Shown one piece after another: positions 8,767-18,864 of a stretch of DNA of 64,000 bases. The position numbers and the translations under genes were made by a program. Each line of letters opens with the position of its first letter. The first letter of the stretch is position 1. Under the pieces are notes generated by a model. That model made no database searches. It saw nothing but the letters and a program-made list of their open reading frames with translations, and was not told the DNA's origin. Source of the stretch: an uncultured Treponema sp. (lineage in GTDB: Bacteria; Spirochaetota; Spirochaetia; Treponematales; Treponemataceae); NCBI GenBank assembly GCA_947177175.1, contig CAMWTK010000006.1:1039-65038 (forward strand), given 5' to 3'.

Positions 8767-10994
8767 TACCCTGGGCGACCCGCACCCTAAAAAAAACGTT
8801 CGCACTGGCGGCCGTGTTTGCGGCCGCCGTCATCGTTCCTGCGGAGATTACGTTTGAGCATCCGTCGATTAACGCGCAGGACGAGGTTTTGTTTACTGTC
8901 CGGCATGACGTTCCGGGAAGCCCCGCGTACCGCACGGTTTTCTTGGGCAATGCGGCAAGCACGGGGGACGCGGACATCATCACGTGCTTTCCCGAAAAAA
9001 TGGACGTGCTTTCCGGCGGCGCGGTTCTGCAGCTGCGCAACCGGTACGGGACGGCGCGGTATGCCTTGGCGGACGGGACGCTTGCCTGGGTTGCGCGCGG
9101 CGATTCCGTTCCTGCCGAATCCATCCGCCTGGGACCGCAGTCGGTCAGCCCGGACGGACGGTGGCTGTGCTATGTGCGCAAGACGGGCGTTGCCACGGGC
9201 GAGTTGATCCTGAAAAATGCGTCCACGTTTGCGGAGACGGTTCTGGACGACCATGCGGACTTCAGCTTTGACGATGTGCCCGTGCGGTGGTCGCCCGACA
9301 GCGCTACGGTCGTCTATGAGAAGGACGGGGCGGTGTATTTCAATGACCTGAAGGCGGCGCTCCAGCAGGTGCAGATGACCGAGGCGTTCAGAAAAATCGG
9401 CGCGGGAAAGATTTCGTCCGTCTGCTGGGCGAACAGCAGGACGCTTATCTATATCAACCATGACGTGGTGTACCGCGTGAGCACGACGGAACTGTACACG
9501 CGCGGCATGTACGCGCCGCTGGTGGGGAGCGGCGTGGTCACGGGGCGGCTTCCCGTCGCGTTCAATCCGATGGAAGACCATTTTTACGTGAACGAAAAGG
9601 CTGACCGGCTGCTGGTGGTGCAGGGGAATCGCGTGCTCTCCGCGTACATTGTGCAGACGCAGGGGTTTTCCTATCTGCCGGCATATTACAGCAAGCCGTT
9701 CGTGGACGGGCGCGGTTCGGTCGTCGGCTGCACGGTATTCTGGACGCAGGACGATGCCGCGCTCGTGTGGGCGGACATCATCAGCAATGACGACGGCGTG
9801 CGGCGCGGCGCAGTCTACCGGCTTGCGGATGGACTGCAACTGCTTTCGGTCATCGACCGCCCCGGAAAGCCGGTCGTCTCTCCTGACGGCACATCGCTTG
9901 CCTTTGCCGTCGGCGAATCGCTCCATGTCTATGACATTGCCACCTGGAAAGCGACGGCGCGGCTGAACGGCGAGCGGCAGGTTTCGTATGTCTGGCACGG
10001 CAACGACACGTTGTTTGTCGGCGGCGTTTCTACCGTCAGGGCGTGGCATTTGGGCGAAAAATCGGCGGATCTGCTGTTCCTGTCTGCCGCAAAGACAGCG
10101 TTTTGGACGGACGATTCGACCGTGTGCGCGGAAGATGCGGCAAAGGACGGAATCCGCTATCAGTACGACCGCAAAAAGAACACGTGGCGGCAGTTTCCGG
10201 CGGGTGCGGCGGCGATTCCGGCACGGTATGCCGTGCAGAACGGACGGTATCGCGTTTTTGTCGGATCGACGGCGAATCAGCGGTATGCCGATACGCTGTA
10301 CGTGCGCACGTTGAGCGGCGGCGCGGAAAACAAGGCGTTCTTCCCCGATACCGCCGTACAGACGGCGCGGCGCAAGCGCGTCGCGTTGGTATGTGATGCG
10401 ACAGACAGTGCCGACGGGCTGACGCGCATTCTTTCGGTGCTGGGCGAATACGGCGTGGGCGCGACGTTCTTTGTGAACGGCGAATTCGTGCGCCGCTATC
10501 CTGCCGAGGCAAAGCAGATTGCCCTGAGCGGCTATGACTGCGCGTCCATGTTCTTCACCGCCGCGGATCTGACGGCAAAAGGCTTTGTGGTGGACGATGA
10601 TTTTATCCGCCGCGGGCTTGCGCGCAACGAGGACGAATTCTTTGCCGCGACGGGAAAAGAACTGTCGCTCATTTGGCACGCGCCGTATTACCGGGCGACC
10701 GCCGCAATGAAAGCGGCGGGCATTTCGGGCGGCTACCGCTATGCCGACTGCGGGGCGTTGAGCATGGACACGCAGACCTTTGAGCGCGCGGTCGCCAGCA
10801 ACGAAAAGTATCTGACGGCATCGGAAATCATCGCGTCCTGCGTACAGCGCGCGCGCGACGGCTCGGTTATCCCGGTCGTCACGGGCATTACCGACGGTAC
10901 GCGCGGCGATTTTCTGTATGACAAGCTCGACCTGCTTATTACGGCGTTATGGGATGCCGGGTTTGACATCGTGCCGTTGCGCCAGTTTATCTAG
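8763..10994 (+). CDS. Secreted beta-propeller plus polysaccharide deacetylase-like protein
   Basis: Signal peptide, SPDG/WSPD propeller repeats, C-terminal ATFFVNGEF and WHAPYY NodB-like domain. Confidence 0.75.
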   Translation: MIPWATRTLKKTFALAAVFAAAVIVPAEITFEHPSINAQDEVLFTVRHDVPGSPAYRTVFLGNAASTGDADIITCFPEKMDVLSGGAVLQLRNRYGTARYALADGTLAWVARGDSVPAESIRLGPQSVSPDGRWLCYVRKTGVATGELILKNASTFAETVLDDHADFSFDDVPVRWSPDSATVVYEKDGAVYFNDLKAALQQVQMTEAFRKIGAGKISSVCWANSRTLIYINHDVVYRVSTTELYTRGMYAPLVGSGVVTGRLPVAFNPMEDHFYVNEKADRLLVVQGNRVLSAYIVQTQGFSYLPAYYSKPFVDGRGSVVGCTVFWTQDDAALVWADIISNDDGVRRGAVYRLADGLQLLSVIDRPGKPVVSPDGTSLAFAVGESLHVYDIATWKATARLNGERQVSYVWHGNDTLFVGGVSTVRAWHLGEKSADLLFLSAAKTAFWTDDSTVCAEDAAKDGIRYQYDRKKNTWRQFPAGAAAIPARYAVQNGRYRVFVGSTANQRYADTLYVRTLSGGAENKAFFPDTAVQTARRKRVALVCDATDSADGLTRILSVLGEYGVGATFFVNGEFVRRYPAEAKQIALSGYDCASMFFTAADLTAKGFVVDDDFIRRGLARNEDEFFAATGKELSLIWHAPYYRATAAMKAAGISGGYRYADCGALSMDTQTFERAVASNEKYLTASEIIASCVQRARDGSVIPVVTGITDGTRGDFLYDKLDLLITALWDAGFDIVPLRQFI

Positions 10995-12394
10995 CGGCAG
11001 TCAAGGCATACGCCGGCAAGCGTTCCCCAGAATCTTCCCCAGATGCCCGCGCGGGCGACCGTCCGGTCCGAGACGAGCGGCACGGTTTCCAGCACGATGT
11101 TTCCGAGTTTGTATTCGATTGTTCCGTAGGTTTCGCCGCCGTGCGCGCCGCCAAAGATATAGCCCGGCATGGTGACCGTCGCCGTCACCTGCTGCGCGGC
11201 ATCGTGCGCCGTCTCTCCTGCCACGTGCGGAACGGAAATCGCCGTCGTCCATGCCGGAACGAGGCGCGTGAAATGTTCCTTGCCGCCCGTCACGGCGAGC
11301 GGGTACGACGGCTGGATGTGCTCCAGCGGAAGGTAATCGGCGAACGACGCGAACGCCCATTCCATGAGCGTTCGCCCGTCACGGTCGCGGTACAAGTTTC
11401 CTTCGCGCGTCGTTTTTCCCGGCCCGCGCATCGTCACGGAAAGGTAGCGAACGCCGTCGCGCTGTGCGGTGAGCGCGATGTTGAAGCCGCTCTCATAGAT
11501 GAAGCCCGTTTTCAGCCCGTCGCAGCCGTCCAGCGTGTGCAGCAGCACGTTGGTGTTGCGCTGCGTGATTGCCATGCTGTCGCCGCGCTCTTTCATCCAG
11601 GGCGCGAGGTTCGCCGTGAGCGGGTAGGCGATTTCCGTAATCGAATGGAATTCGGCAAGGGACTGCGGGTAGCGGTTGACATAGACGCGCGCGAACGCCG
11701 CCAGCTCGCGGGCCGTGGTGATGTTGTCCTCGCTGTAGCCGCTCGGCTCGACAAAATGCGTGTGCTGCAGGCCCAGTTTCTGCGTCTCCTCGTTCATGCG
11801 CGCGACAAAATCCTTGACGCTCCCGCTGATATAGGTCGCCACCGCGATTGCCGCGTCGTTTCCGCTGGCGACCGCAAGCCCGCGCAGCAGCTCGCGCAGG
11901 GTGACAATCTGCCCCTGCCCCAAAAACATGCGCGATGCGTCCGACGGCAGGTTGATCGCCCAGCTGTTTTCGGGGAGCGGCACGATGTCATCGAGCGCGA
12001 TGCGCCCCGCCTCAATCTCCTGAAACGCGATGTACATGACGAACAGCTTCGCGATTGAGGCGGGCGGAATCGCTTCGTCGGCATTTTTTTCGTACAGGAC
12101 GCAGCCGTTCGCCGTGTCGATGAGGATGGCGGATGCGGCGGCGATGTCGAGGTTTGCGGGAGTCGTTCCGTAGGGGAGCGGGCGCAGAATCTGCCGCCGC
12201 TTGGCAGGATACGTTTGGTCAAGGTAGCCCGCGAGCGCGGCGCGCTGTGCGCCCGTCGGCTGCGGGGCGTTTTCCCCGTGCGAGAACGTCTGCACGTACT
12301 GGCAGAAACAGGCGATGCCTGCGGCAAGCGCGAGCAGGATTGCGAGCGCGATGAGCGTCCGTTTTTTTTGCATGAGCCGAGCGAGTTTTTTCAT
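10991..12394 (-). CDS. dacA: D-alanyl-D-alanine carboxypeptidase (S11)
   Basis: PASIAK (SxxK), SGND (SxN), GLKTGF. Confidence 0.9.
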   Translation of the reverse strand: MKKLARLMQKKRTLIALAILLALAAGIACFCQYVQTFSHGENAPQPTGAQRAALAGYLDQTYPAKRRQILRPLPYGTTPANLDIAAASAILIDTANGCVLYEKNADEAIPPASIAKLFVMYIAFQEIEAGRIALDDIVPLPENSWAINLPSDASRMFLGQGQIVTLRELLRGLAVASGNDAAIAVATYISGSVKDFVARMNEETQKLGLQHTHFVEPSGYSEDNITTARELAAFARVYVNRYPQSLAEFHSITEIAYPLTANLAPWMKERGDSMAITQRNTNVLLHTLDGCDGLKTGFIYESGFNIALTAQRDGVRYLSVTMRGPGKTTREGNLYRDRDGRTLMEWAFASFADYLPLEHIQPSYPLAVTGGKEHFTRLVPAWTTAISVPHVAGETAHDAAQQVTATVTMPGYIFGGAHGGETYGTIEYKLGNIVLETVPLVSDRTVARAGIWGRFWGTLAGVCLDCR

Positions 12395-12433
12395 GGGAAC
12401 AGTGTATCAGAAAAAACGGAAATCGGGAAGTTG

Positions 12434-12468
12434 AAAAAAAACTCCGGCCAGCGGGAAGCGAGCCGGAG
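12434..12468 (-). terminator. Intrinsic terminator after the pectin esterase gene
   Basis: CTCCGGC/GCCGGAG stem followed by T8 on the minus strand. Confidence 0.6.
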
Positions 12469-12484
12469 CAGTGCGCGGGGCGGA

Positions 12485-15400
12485 TTATTTCTTTATGGAG
12501 TCCATCAGCGCCTGCGCGTAGGTTTTCCAGTACGTGTCCTTGCAGTCGATGCTGCCGTTTCCGTCCACCGTGAACAGCAACGTGCCGTCGCTGTTCTCAC
12601 CGATTGCCTTTGCCGGATGCACGACGCTCGTTGCCAGTGCCGGAATGCCTGCCTTTATCGCCTTGGCAATTTCGCCCGCGATGACAAAGCCGCCCAGCTT
12701 GTTGTTGTGCGTCTTGTCGCCCGGGAACATGAGCACGAACGCCTCGTCGCTCTTTTTGGTGTCCGCATAGGATTTCTCGTACAGCCGCTTGGTAATCTCA
12801 AAGCCGTCGATCAGCGGCACGTTCTCTTCTTTTGCTAGCTGGCGCACGGCTTCCACGTAGGCGTTGTTGGTCGTCACCTGCGTGTTCGTGGTCGTGTCCT
12901 TTGAGTCGTGGTGCGGCTCGATTTTTCCGTTCATGCCCGCAAAATACACGCGCGCGACCGGCGTGACCAGCACGGGCGTTGCGCCCGCCTTGCGCGCGGT
13001 GTCGATGTACTGCTTGAGATACCATTTGAACGTGCCGCCGGTGTACGGATAGAATTCGTCGCCGTATTTTGCCGCGTATGACGGCGGCGTTTTGGTCTTC
13101 TTGCCCGGCGTGACGGGGTAGATGCCTTTTTTGTCCGGCTTGCCGAGCGGCACGTAGCGGTCCTCAAGGTAGCCCGCGCCGTTCGAGCAGTCGTTGTGCC
13201 CGAACTGAATGAACAGGTAGTCGCCTTTGCCGATGTTCTCCGCGATTTTTGCGAGGCTGCCTTCGTTGATGAAGTTGCGCGTGGAGCGTCCGCCGTTCGC
13301 GTAGTTCTGCACGGCGACGGAATCGTTGAACCATGCCTGCAAGAATTCGCCCCAGGCTCCTTCGTCGCGCGTCTTGCCGCCGCTCCACATGCCGTCCGCG
13401 CTGTAGTCCTTTACGGTCGAGTCGCCCGCAAGGAACACGTTGACTTTGCCCACCGCGCGCGGCCTGCCGGCGGCTGCCTTTGACGGCACGGCGAATCCGT
13501 CTTTGACCGTCGCGTCCAGCTGTATCGTGGCGGGGCTTGCGGTCGTGCCGTCGCGCGTCATTGGGGTGACGGTCACCGAAATCTTGCCGCCGGAATCTTC
13601 TTTGGTGAGGAAATAGGTCTTGTCGCCGTAGCCCGCGGACTGCTTGACGAGCGCGCCGTTGCGGAACCACTGGATGAGCGACCTGTCCTCGCCGTCAGCC
13701 TTGCCAAGCGAGTAGTGCAGGGTGATCGTGTGGCCGGGGTAGGGCGTGTTGATGTCGTCGTCCGTGGTGAGGCTCGGCTTTTTGGCAAACGCGAGCTTGC
13801 CGGTCTTTGTCTCCGTATAATACGCCGGAGTCCAGCCGCCGAAGAAATCTTTGGGCGTGTAGCCGCTGTCGCTTTTGAGCACGTTGCCGCGCCGTTCTGC
13901 GGTGCTGACTTCCTTGCCGTCCCAAAGCGTGCGGTATTCGGCAAAGTGCGCGTTCTGCGGGAGGTTGCCGCTCATGTCCGTCCAGCCCATCGGGTCGATG
14001 ACGGAAGCCGTGCCCAGCAGGGTGTTGACCCAGGCGACGCTTGCCTGCGGTCCCCACGGACGGCCGAACACGCCCGGATTCTGGTAGACGGCGTTGTCCG
14101 CGCTGATCAGGCAGTTATAGAATAGGTAGCCCTTGTGCAGCGCGTTCCGCGCCGCCGTCAGGTAGCCCGCCGCCTTCATGTCGGTGTAGCCCGCCCAGCG
14201 GATCTCGCAGTTCTCGAACACGACATCGCCGTCGCCGAAGATAAAGTCGGTGTTGCCTTCAATAAAGCAGTTGCGGAAATACTGCCGCGTGCCCGCGCCC
14301 GTGTAGAGCGTGTCCTGCGATCCGAGGAACGAGCAGTTGCGGTATTCCGCCTCGTCCGCCTCCGAGCAGAGCGCGGCGGAGCGTTCGGTCGCCTTTTTGG
14401 TGCGCACGTCGGAGTTGAGCTTGCGCACGAACGCGATTGATCCGTCGCTTTCCACGCCGTCGGCGATTTCCTCGTCGGTCACGTATTTGTTGAACGATGT
14501 CTCGAACGTGATTCCCTCCGCCCGGAACGCTTTCGCGCCTTTCTGCACGTACGTCGCCACGCCCCACCGTGCCACGGTTTTCTTGCCGAATTTGTCGTAG
14601 GCGAGGTCTTCGTCATAGTAGCCTTTCGCGTCCGCACTGTAATACTGGTAGCCGATGCCGTAATACCAGGTGAGGACGACTGCCTTCTCCGGCATGTCGT
14701 TCTTGAGCGTGATATACGGCGTGTTGATGAGCAGCTGCGCGCGGTACGTGCCCGGCGCGATATGGATTGTCACGCGCTCCGCCTCGCTTTTCGGGTTCAT
14801 GGCCGCCGCCGCCGCGATTGCCTCCCTGACTGTGGCGTAGTCGGCTTTCTTGCCGCCCACGAACAGGTCGCGCTTGAGCGGAATCGGCGGCATGGACGCA
14901 TCCTTTGCCGTCAGCTTGATGTCCTTTGTCACCGCCGCGTCCCGCACGACTACATGGTTCGTCGTTGCCGCCGTGTCCGTCTGCGCGATGACTTCGTATG
15001 CGCCCGCACGGAGTTTTGCGCGGTAGGCGTTCCCCGTTATCGTGCCGCCGTACACCGAGCCGTCGTCAAGGTGCCGGAACGCGATCGTCTGCGGAATCGT
15101 CTTGACCGCCCCGAAGAACGCGCCCGTCACGTCGTAGGTCGGCTTGGGCGTGACGGCGATGTCCTGCGTAAACGATTCGGTGTGTTCTGCCGTGCCGCCC
15201 GCCGTGATGTCGTAGTCGGGCGCGCCCGTGAGCGTGGCCGTGTAGCTGACCGCCGGTTCCAGCTCGCCGCGGTACGTGTACGCGCCGTTCGCGCCGCTCA
15301 CCGCCGCTTCTGCCGGCTGGAACGCAGAGCCTTTCGGCGGGGTAAAGACGATTTTCATTGCCGACCCGTCATAGTCCGCCGCAATGCCCGTCACCGCCCC

Positions 15401-16300
15401 GCTGATGACATACGTTTTCTGCTCGGCGACCGTCAGGTTCACCGTCATGCTGCCCGCCTGCGCGGGCGCGACCGTCACCGTCTTGGTGGCGGCGTTGACC
15501 CCGTAGCCCTTGATGCCCGTCAGCACGGCCGTGTAGGTGTGTCCCGCCGCAAGCCCCGCCATGTAGGATTTTCCCGTGATTTTTGCGGGCAGCTCCTGCT
15601 TCGTCTCGGTCTCGATGAATTTTAGTGTGCCCGATCCGCCCGGAATCCCGTTCAGCGCGCCGCTCACCGTGACCGCGCCCGTGCGCACCACGCGGTAGTA
15701 GACGGGCTTGCCCACGTTCGCCTCCGCATAGATTTTGTATGCGCCGTCCGCGCCCGCGATGTACGAATATTTCCGGGAGACTGCGCCGAGCGCGGCAACC
15801 TCGTCCTGCGCGCCGTCCAGAGTGCCGTCGGCGCGCACGTGCGCAAAGTGGATTTTCTCGTCGCCGCTGTTGCTGGTCCGCGCATAGAACGTCACCGTGT
15901 CGCCCGCGCGGACGTTCCTGAGCAGCACGTACCGCTTTTTCTCGCCGCCCTTGCCGTTCGCGTAGTACAGCCCGTTGGCGACGTAGCCGTCCTTGAAGTC
16001 GAACGACGTATAGCCCTGTTCGCCATAATTCTTCTTGCCCGCATAATAGGCGCGGTCGTTCTTGTCGGCATTCAGCGTGAGGTCGCCGAACGTGAGGTCG
16101 CCGCCCGTGAATTTTCCGTCCTCCGCAATGATGCCCGCGCCGTCAAGGTCCGCCACGGAAATATGATTCGCCGCGTCCTTTGCCGCCACACCGCCAAAAT
16201 CCCAGACGTCAACCTTGCGCGCCTGTGCCACCGCCGTCCCTGCCGCCGCAAGCGCGAGCAGCACGGTCACGGCTTTCTGAACTGTCCGTTTCACTGTCAT
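12485..16300 (-). CDS. Secreted multidomain pectin methylesterase (CE8) plus SGNH acetylesterase (CE12) fusion
   Basis: Signal peptide; QDTLY, DFIFG, GRPW (CE8); GDST, NGGRS, FGHND, DKTH (SGNH). Confidence 0.88.
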   Translation of the reverse strand: MTVKRTVQKAVTVLLALAAAGTAVAQARKVDVWDFGGVAAKDAANHISVADLDGAGIIAEDGKFTGGDLTFGDLTLNADKNDRAYYAGKKNYGEQGYTSFDFKDGYVANGLYYANGKGGEKKRYVLLRNVRAGDTVTFYARTSNSGDEKIHFAHVRADGTLDGAQDEVAALGAVSRKYSYIAGADGAYKIYAEANVGKPVYYRVVRTGAVTVSGALNGIPGGSGTLKFIETETKQELPAKITGKSYMAGLAAGHTYTAVLTGIKGYGVNAATKTVTVAPAQAGSMTVNLTVAEQKTYVISGAVTGIAADYDGSAMKIVFTPPKGSAFQPAEAAVSGANGAYTYRGELEPAVSYTATLTGAPDYDITAGGTAEHTESFTQDIAVTPKPTYDVTGAFFGAVKTIPQTIAFRHLDDGSVYGGTITGNAYRAKLRAGAYEVIAQTDTAATTNHVVVRDAAVTKDIKLTAKDASMPPIPLKRDLFVGGKKADYATVREAIAAAAAMNPKSEAERVTIHIAPGTYRAQLLINTPYITLKNDMPEKAVVLTWYYGIGYQYYSADAKGYYDEDLAYDKFGKKTVARWGVATYVQKGAKAFRAEGITFETSFNKYVTDEEIADGVESDGSIAFVRKLNSDVRTKKATERSAALCSEADEAEYRNCSFLGSQDTLYTGAGTRQYFRNCFIEGNTDFIFGDGDVVFENCEIRWAGYTDMKAAGYLTAARNALHKGYLFYNCLISADNAVYQNPGVFGRPWGPQASVAWVNTLLGTASVIDPMGWTDMSGNLPQNAHFAEYRTLWDGKEVSTAERRGNVLKSDSGYTPKDFFGGWTPAYYTETKTGKLAFAKKPSLTTDDDINTPYPGHTITLHYSLGKADGEDRSLIQWFRNGALVKQSAGYGDKTYFLTKEDSGGKISVTVTPMTRDGTTASPATIQLDATVKDGFAVPSKAAAGRPRAVGKVNVFLAGDSTVKDYSADGMWSGGKTRDEGAWGEFLQAWFNDSVAVQNYANGGRSTRNFINEGSLAKIAENIGKGDYLFIQFGHNDCSNGAGYLEDRYVPLGKPDKKGIYPVTPGKKTKTPPSYAAKYGDEFYPYTGGTFKWYLKQYIDTARKAGATPVLVTPVARVYFAGMNGKIEPHHDSKDTTTNTQVTTNNAYVEAVRQLAKEENVPLIDGFEITKRLYEKSYADTKKSDEAFVLMFPGDKTHNNKLGGFVIAGEIAKAIKAGIPALATSVVHPAKAIGENSDGTLLFTVDGNGSIDCKDTYWKTYAQALMDSIKK

Positions 16301-16463
16301 TATGCAAGTAACTCCTCACGATTATTGTAGCAGACTTTTGCGGATATGCAAAGATTTGTCTGCCGCCGGGGCGGTTTGTAGTGGATTGTTTTGCTTTCCA
16401 AAGCAGACTTGCCGTTGCCCGTGATTGCCGCTCACTGATCTTCCGTCCCAGTTCGGATGCGCC

Positions 16464-18635
16464 CTATTTTGTTATAGTGCTGGCTGTGCCGCGGATTGTT
16501 GTTCCGTTTGACAAATAAATTCCGTCGATTCCCTCTATCTCATTCCATTCCTCTTTCGTGCCGCCGTATACTATCTGGCAAAGATTGCTGCTGTTGGCGA
16601 ACGCGTATTTTTCGATTTTTTTCACGCTCGCAGGAATCGATATGCGTTTGAGATGCATGCTTTCGCTGAACGTGTTTGCTCCGATTTCCGTAACGCCGTC
16701 GGGAATTGTCAGCTCGTCTGCAAGACCGAATGCGATTCCGCCGCTGATTTTTACGCCATCACGCATCTCCATAGCCTGTATGCCGTCCGTGCAGGTCACA
16801 GTCGCCTCAAGCAGATCTGGATTGCATGACAGTCCCTTAATGTTGCGCCACTGCTCCAGCGTTCCGCCGAAACGTACCGATTTGAGATGCTGATTGAATC
16901 CAAACTCGCCGATTTCTCTCACGCTCTCTGGAATCTCAAGGTTCTCAATGTGAGTACCGTTGAATACGTGGCTGAGAATTTTCTTTACGCCGTCAGGAAT
17001 CGTTATGCTTTGCGCTTCTGTGTCCATGCATTCATAAACAACAGTGCCTAAAATGCGAAGTCCGTTCCGTTCCTCCGTGTGCAGATCGCCGTCGGCACAG
17101 GTTACGTTCGCCGCAAGAAGCTCGCAGTTGGAGAAAATCCCCGGGATTTCAGTCCACTGCTCGGTCGTTCCGCCAAAACATACCGATTTTAACGACGAGC
17201 AGCCATGAAATGCATTATATCCGATTTCTTTCATACTTGCAGGAATCGTCACACTTTCAAGAGATTTGCAACCGCTGAACGCCCGCCCGCTGATTTGGGT
17301 TATACCGTCAGGAATCATCACGGATTTCGGAACATGTCCCGTATGCCCCACAGCAGAGAAACCAGTGATTTTCATTCCTGCGACTGGCTCATAAAACATG
17401 CCATCGGCGCAATGTGCTTTTTTTGAGAGCAGTTCGGGATTGCAGGCAACAAGCCTTTTCCACTGCTCCTTTGTGCCGCCAAAGCGAATGGTTTTCAATT
17501 TCTTGCAGCCGATGAACGCGTCCGCCTCGATTTTCTTTACGCTGGCTGGAATAACAATGCTTTTTATCGCACTGTGTGCAAACGCTTCCGTACCGATTTC
17601 GGCAAGTCCGTCCGCAATAATGATGTGCCTGCTGCACCAATGCCTAAACGCGCCGTCCGCAATGTTTGTCAATCCGCTCGGAATCGTCATTTTTGCGGGA
17701 AGCACGGTGCCCCGTTTTTTGTCAAAGAAAGCAAAACCGTCCACTGTGCAGACGGTTTCCCCGATGATGCTCAGCCCGCCGGATTTTCTTGCGTCAAGTG
17801 ACCCATCGGAACAAACGATGTTTCCTTCCAGTCCAAAGAGTTGGAACATTTTAATCGCGGCTTCCTTAGTTCCTCCGAAACGGATTTCTTTGAGATTCTC
17901 GCACTTTTCAAACGCAAAGGGTGAAATTTCCGTCACGGTCGCAGGAATCGTTATGCTCTCAAGCGACATACATCCGCAGAACACACGGTGGTCGATTTTT
18001 CTGATTTCGCAGAGGAGCATGATTTCCTTAAGCGACGTGCAGCCCTGGAACGCACTTGCTCCGATTTCAGCCACGCTTTCGGGAATCGTAACGCGTTCAA
18101 GTGACGTGCATTTCGCGAACGCGCCCGCCGCAATGCCGGTAACGAGCGCAGGAATTGTCACGGGTGAAGGAAGTCCGTCCGAATATCCGTATACGGTGTT
18201 GCCGCTCATGAGCAGACCGTCCACATGCTCAAAGTCCACAATGCCGTCAGAACAGGAAATTTTCACGGTGAGCAGGTTCTGATTATAACCAAGATTGGCG
18301 ACATTAAGCCACTGCGCCTTCATGCCGCCGAAACGGATTTCCTTGAGGCTCGTGCAGCCCGCAAACGCTTTTGTTCCGATGTGCGTAACACTCGCCGGAA
18401 TCGTAACGCTTTCAAGCGAGGTGCAGTCCGCGAACGCATTGCGGGAGATACCCTTGACGCTGCCCGGCAGCACCACGCTTTTCAATGACGCGCATCCCCT
18501 GAATGCATTGTACCCGAAAAAGTCGTATCCGATTTCAGTCACTTCGCTCGGAACAGGGATATGCTCCGGGATGTTTTTTTCGTAGCCGACCAAAATCCCG
18601 TCTCTCACTATAAGATAGTTCGGTATGTTTCTCAT
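16464..18635 (-). CDS. BspA/TpLRR-type leucine-rich repeat protein, about 723 aa
   Basis: Repeated IxxxAFxxCxSLxSVTIPxSVxxIG; start taken at ATG 18635; lower GC. Confidence 0.88.
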   Translation of the reverse strand: MRNIPNYLIVRDGILVGYEKNIPEHIPVPSEVTEIGYDFFGYNAFRGCASLKSVVLPGSVKGISRNAFADCTSLESVTIPASVTHIGTKAFAGCTSLKEIRFGGMKAQWLNVANLGYNQNLLTVKISCSDGIVDFEHVDGLLMSGNTVYGYSDGLPSPVTIPALVTGIAAGAFAKCTSLERVTIPESVAEIGASAFQGCTSLKEIMLLCEIRKIDHRVFCGCMSLESITIPATVTEISPFAFEKCENLKEIRFGGTKEAAIKMFQLFGLEGNIVCSDGSLDARKSGGLSIIGETVCTVDGFAFFDKKRGTVLPAKMTIPSGLTNIADGAFRHWCSRHIIIADGLAEIGTEAFAHSAIKSIVIPASVKKIEADAFIGCKKLKTIRFGGTKEQWKRLVACNPELLSKKAHCADGMFYEPVAGMKITGFSAVGHTGHVPKSVMIPDGITQISGRAFSGCKSLESVTIPASMKEIGYNAFHGCSSLKSVCFGGTTEQWTEIPGIFSNCELLAANVTCADGDLHTEERNGLRILGTVVYECMDTEAQSITIPDGVKKILSHVFNGTHIENLEIPESVREIGEFGFNQHLKSVRFGGTLEQWRNIKGLSCNPDLLEATVTCTDGIQAMEMRDGVKISGGIAFGLADELTIPDGVTEIGANTFSESMHLKRISIPASVKKIEKYAFANSSNLCQIVYGGTKEEWNEIEGIDGIYLSNGTTIRGTASTITK

Positions 18636-18864
18636 GATTTTTCTCCCTTGCGTTTTACGTCCGCCGACCTGTTTTGCGTGAGAATTTGCACCGCAACTTC
18701 CCTGTCGTAACCAAGCGTTCAAAAGCCGTGCGAGTTGACACTTTTTGGTAAAAAATGTCCGCTTTCCAAAGAGCGGAAACAGACAGGCGCGACAAAAGTC
18801 CTGCGCCCGCCCGTTTCCGCCATGCTGTGCTATCTCTCCGGGAACGCGTCATGGAGAGCCGTCA

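Noticed and set aside
5418-10679. Long antisense ORFs (551 aa, 630 aa and similar ones elsewhere, e.g. 26167-27744, 27674-29131)
   Set aside because: Shadow frames of GC-rich genes; Arg/Ala-rich with no motifs.
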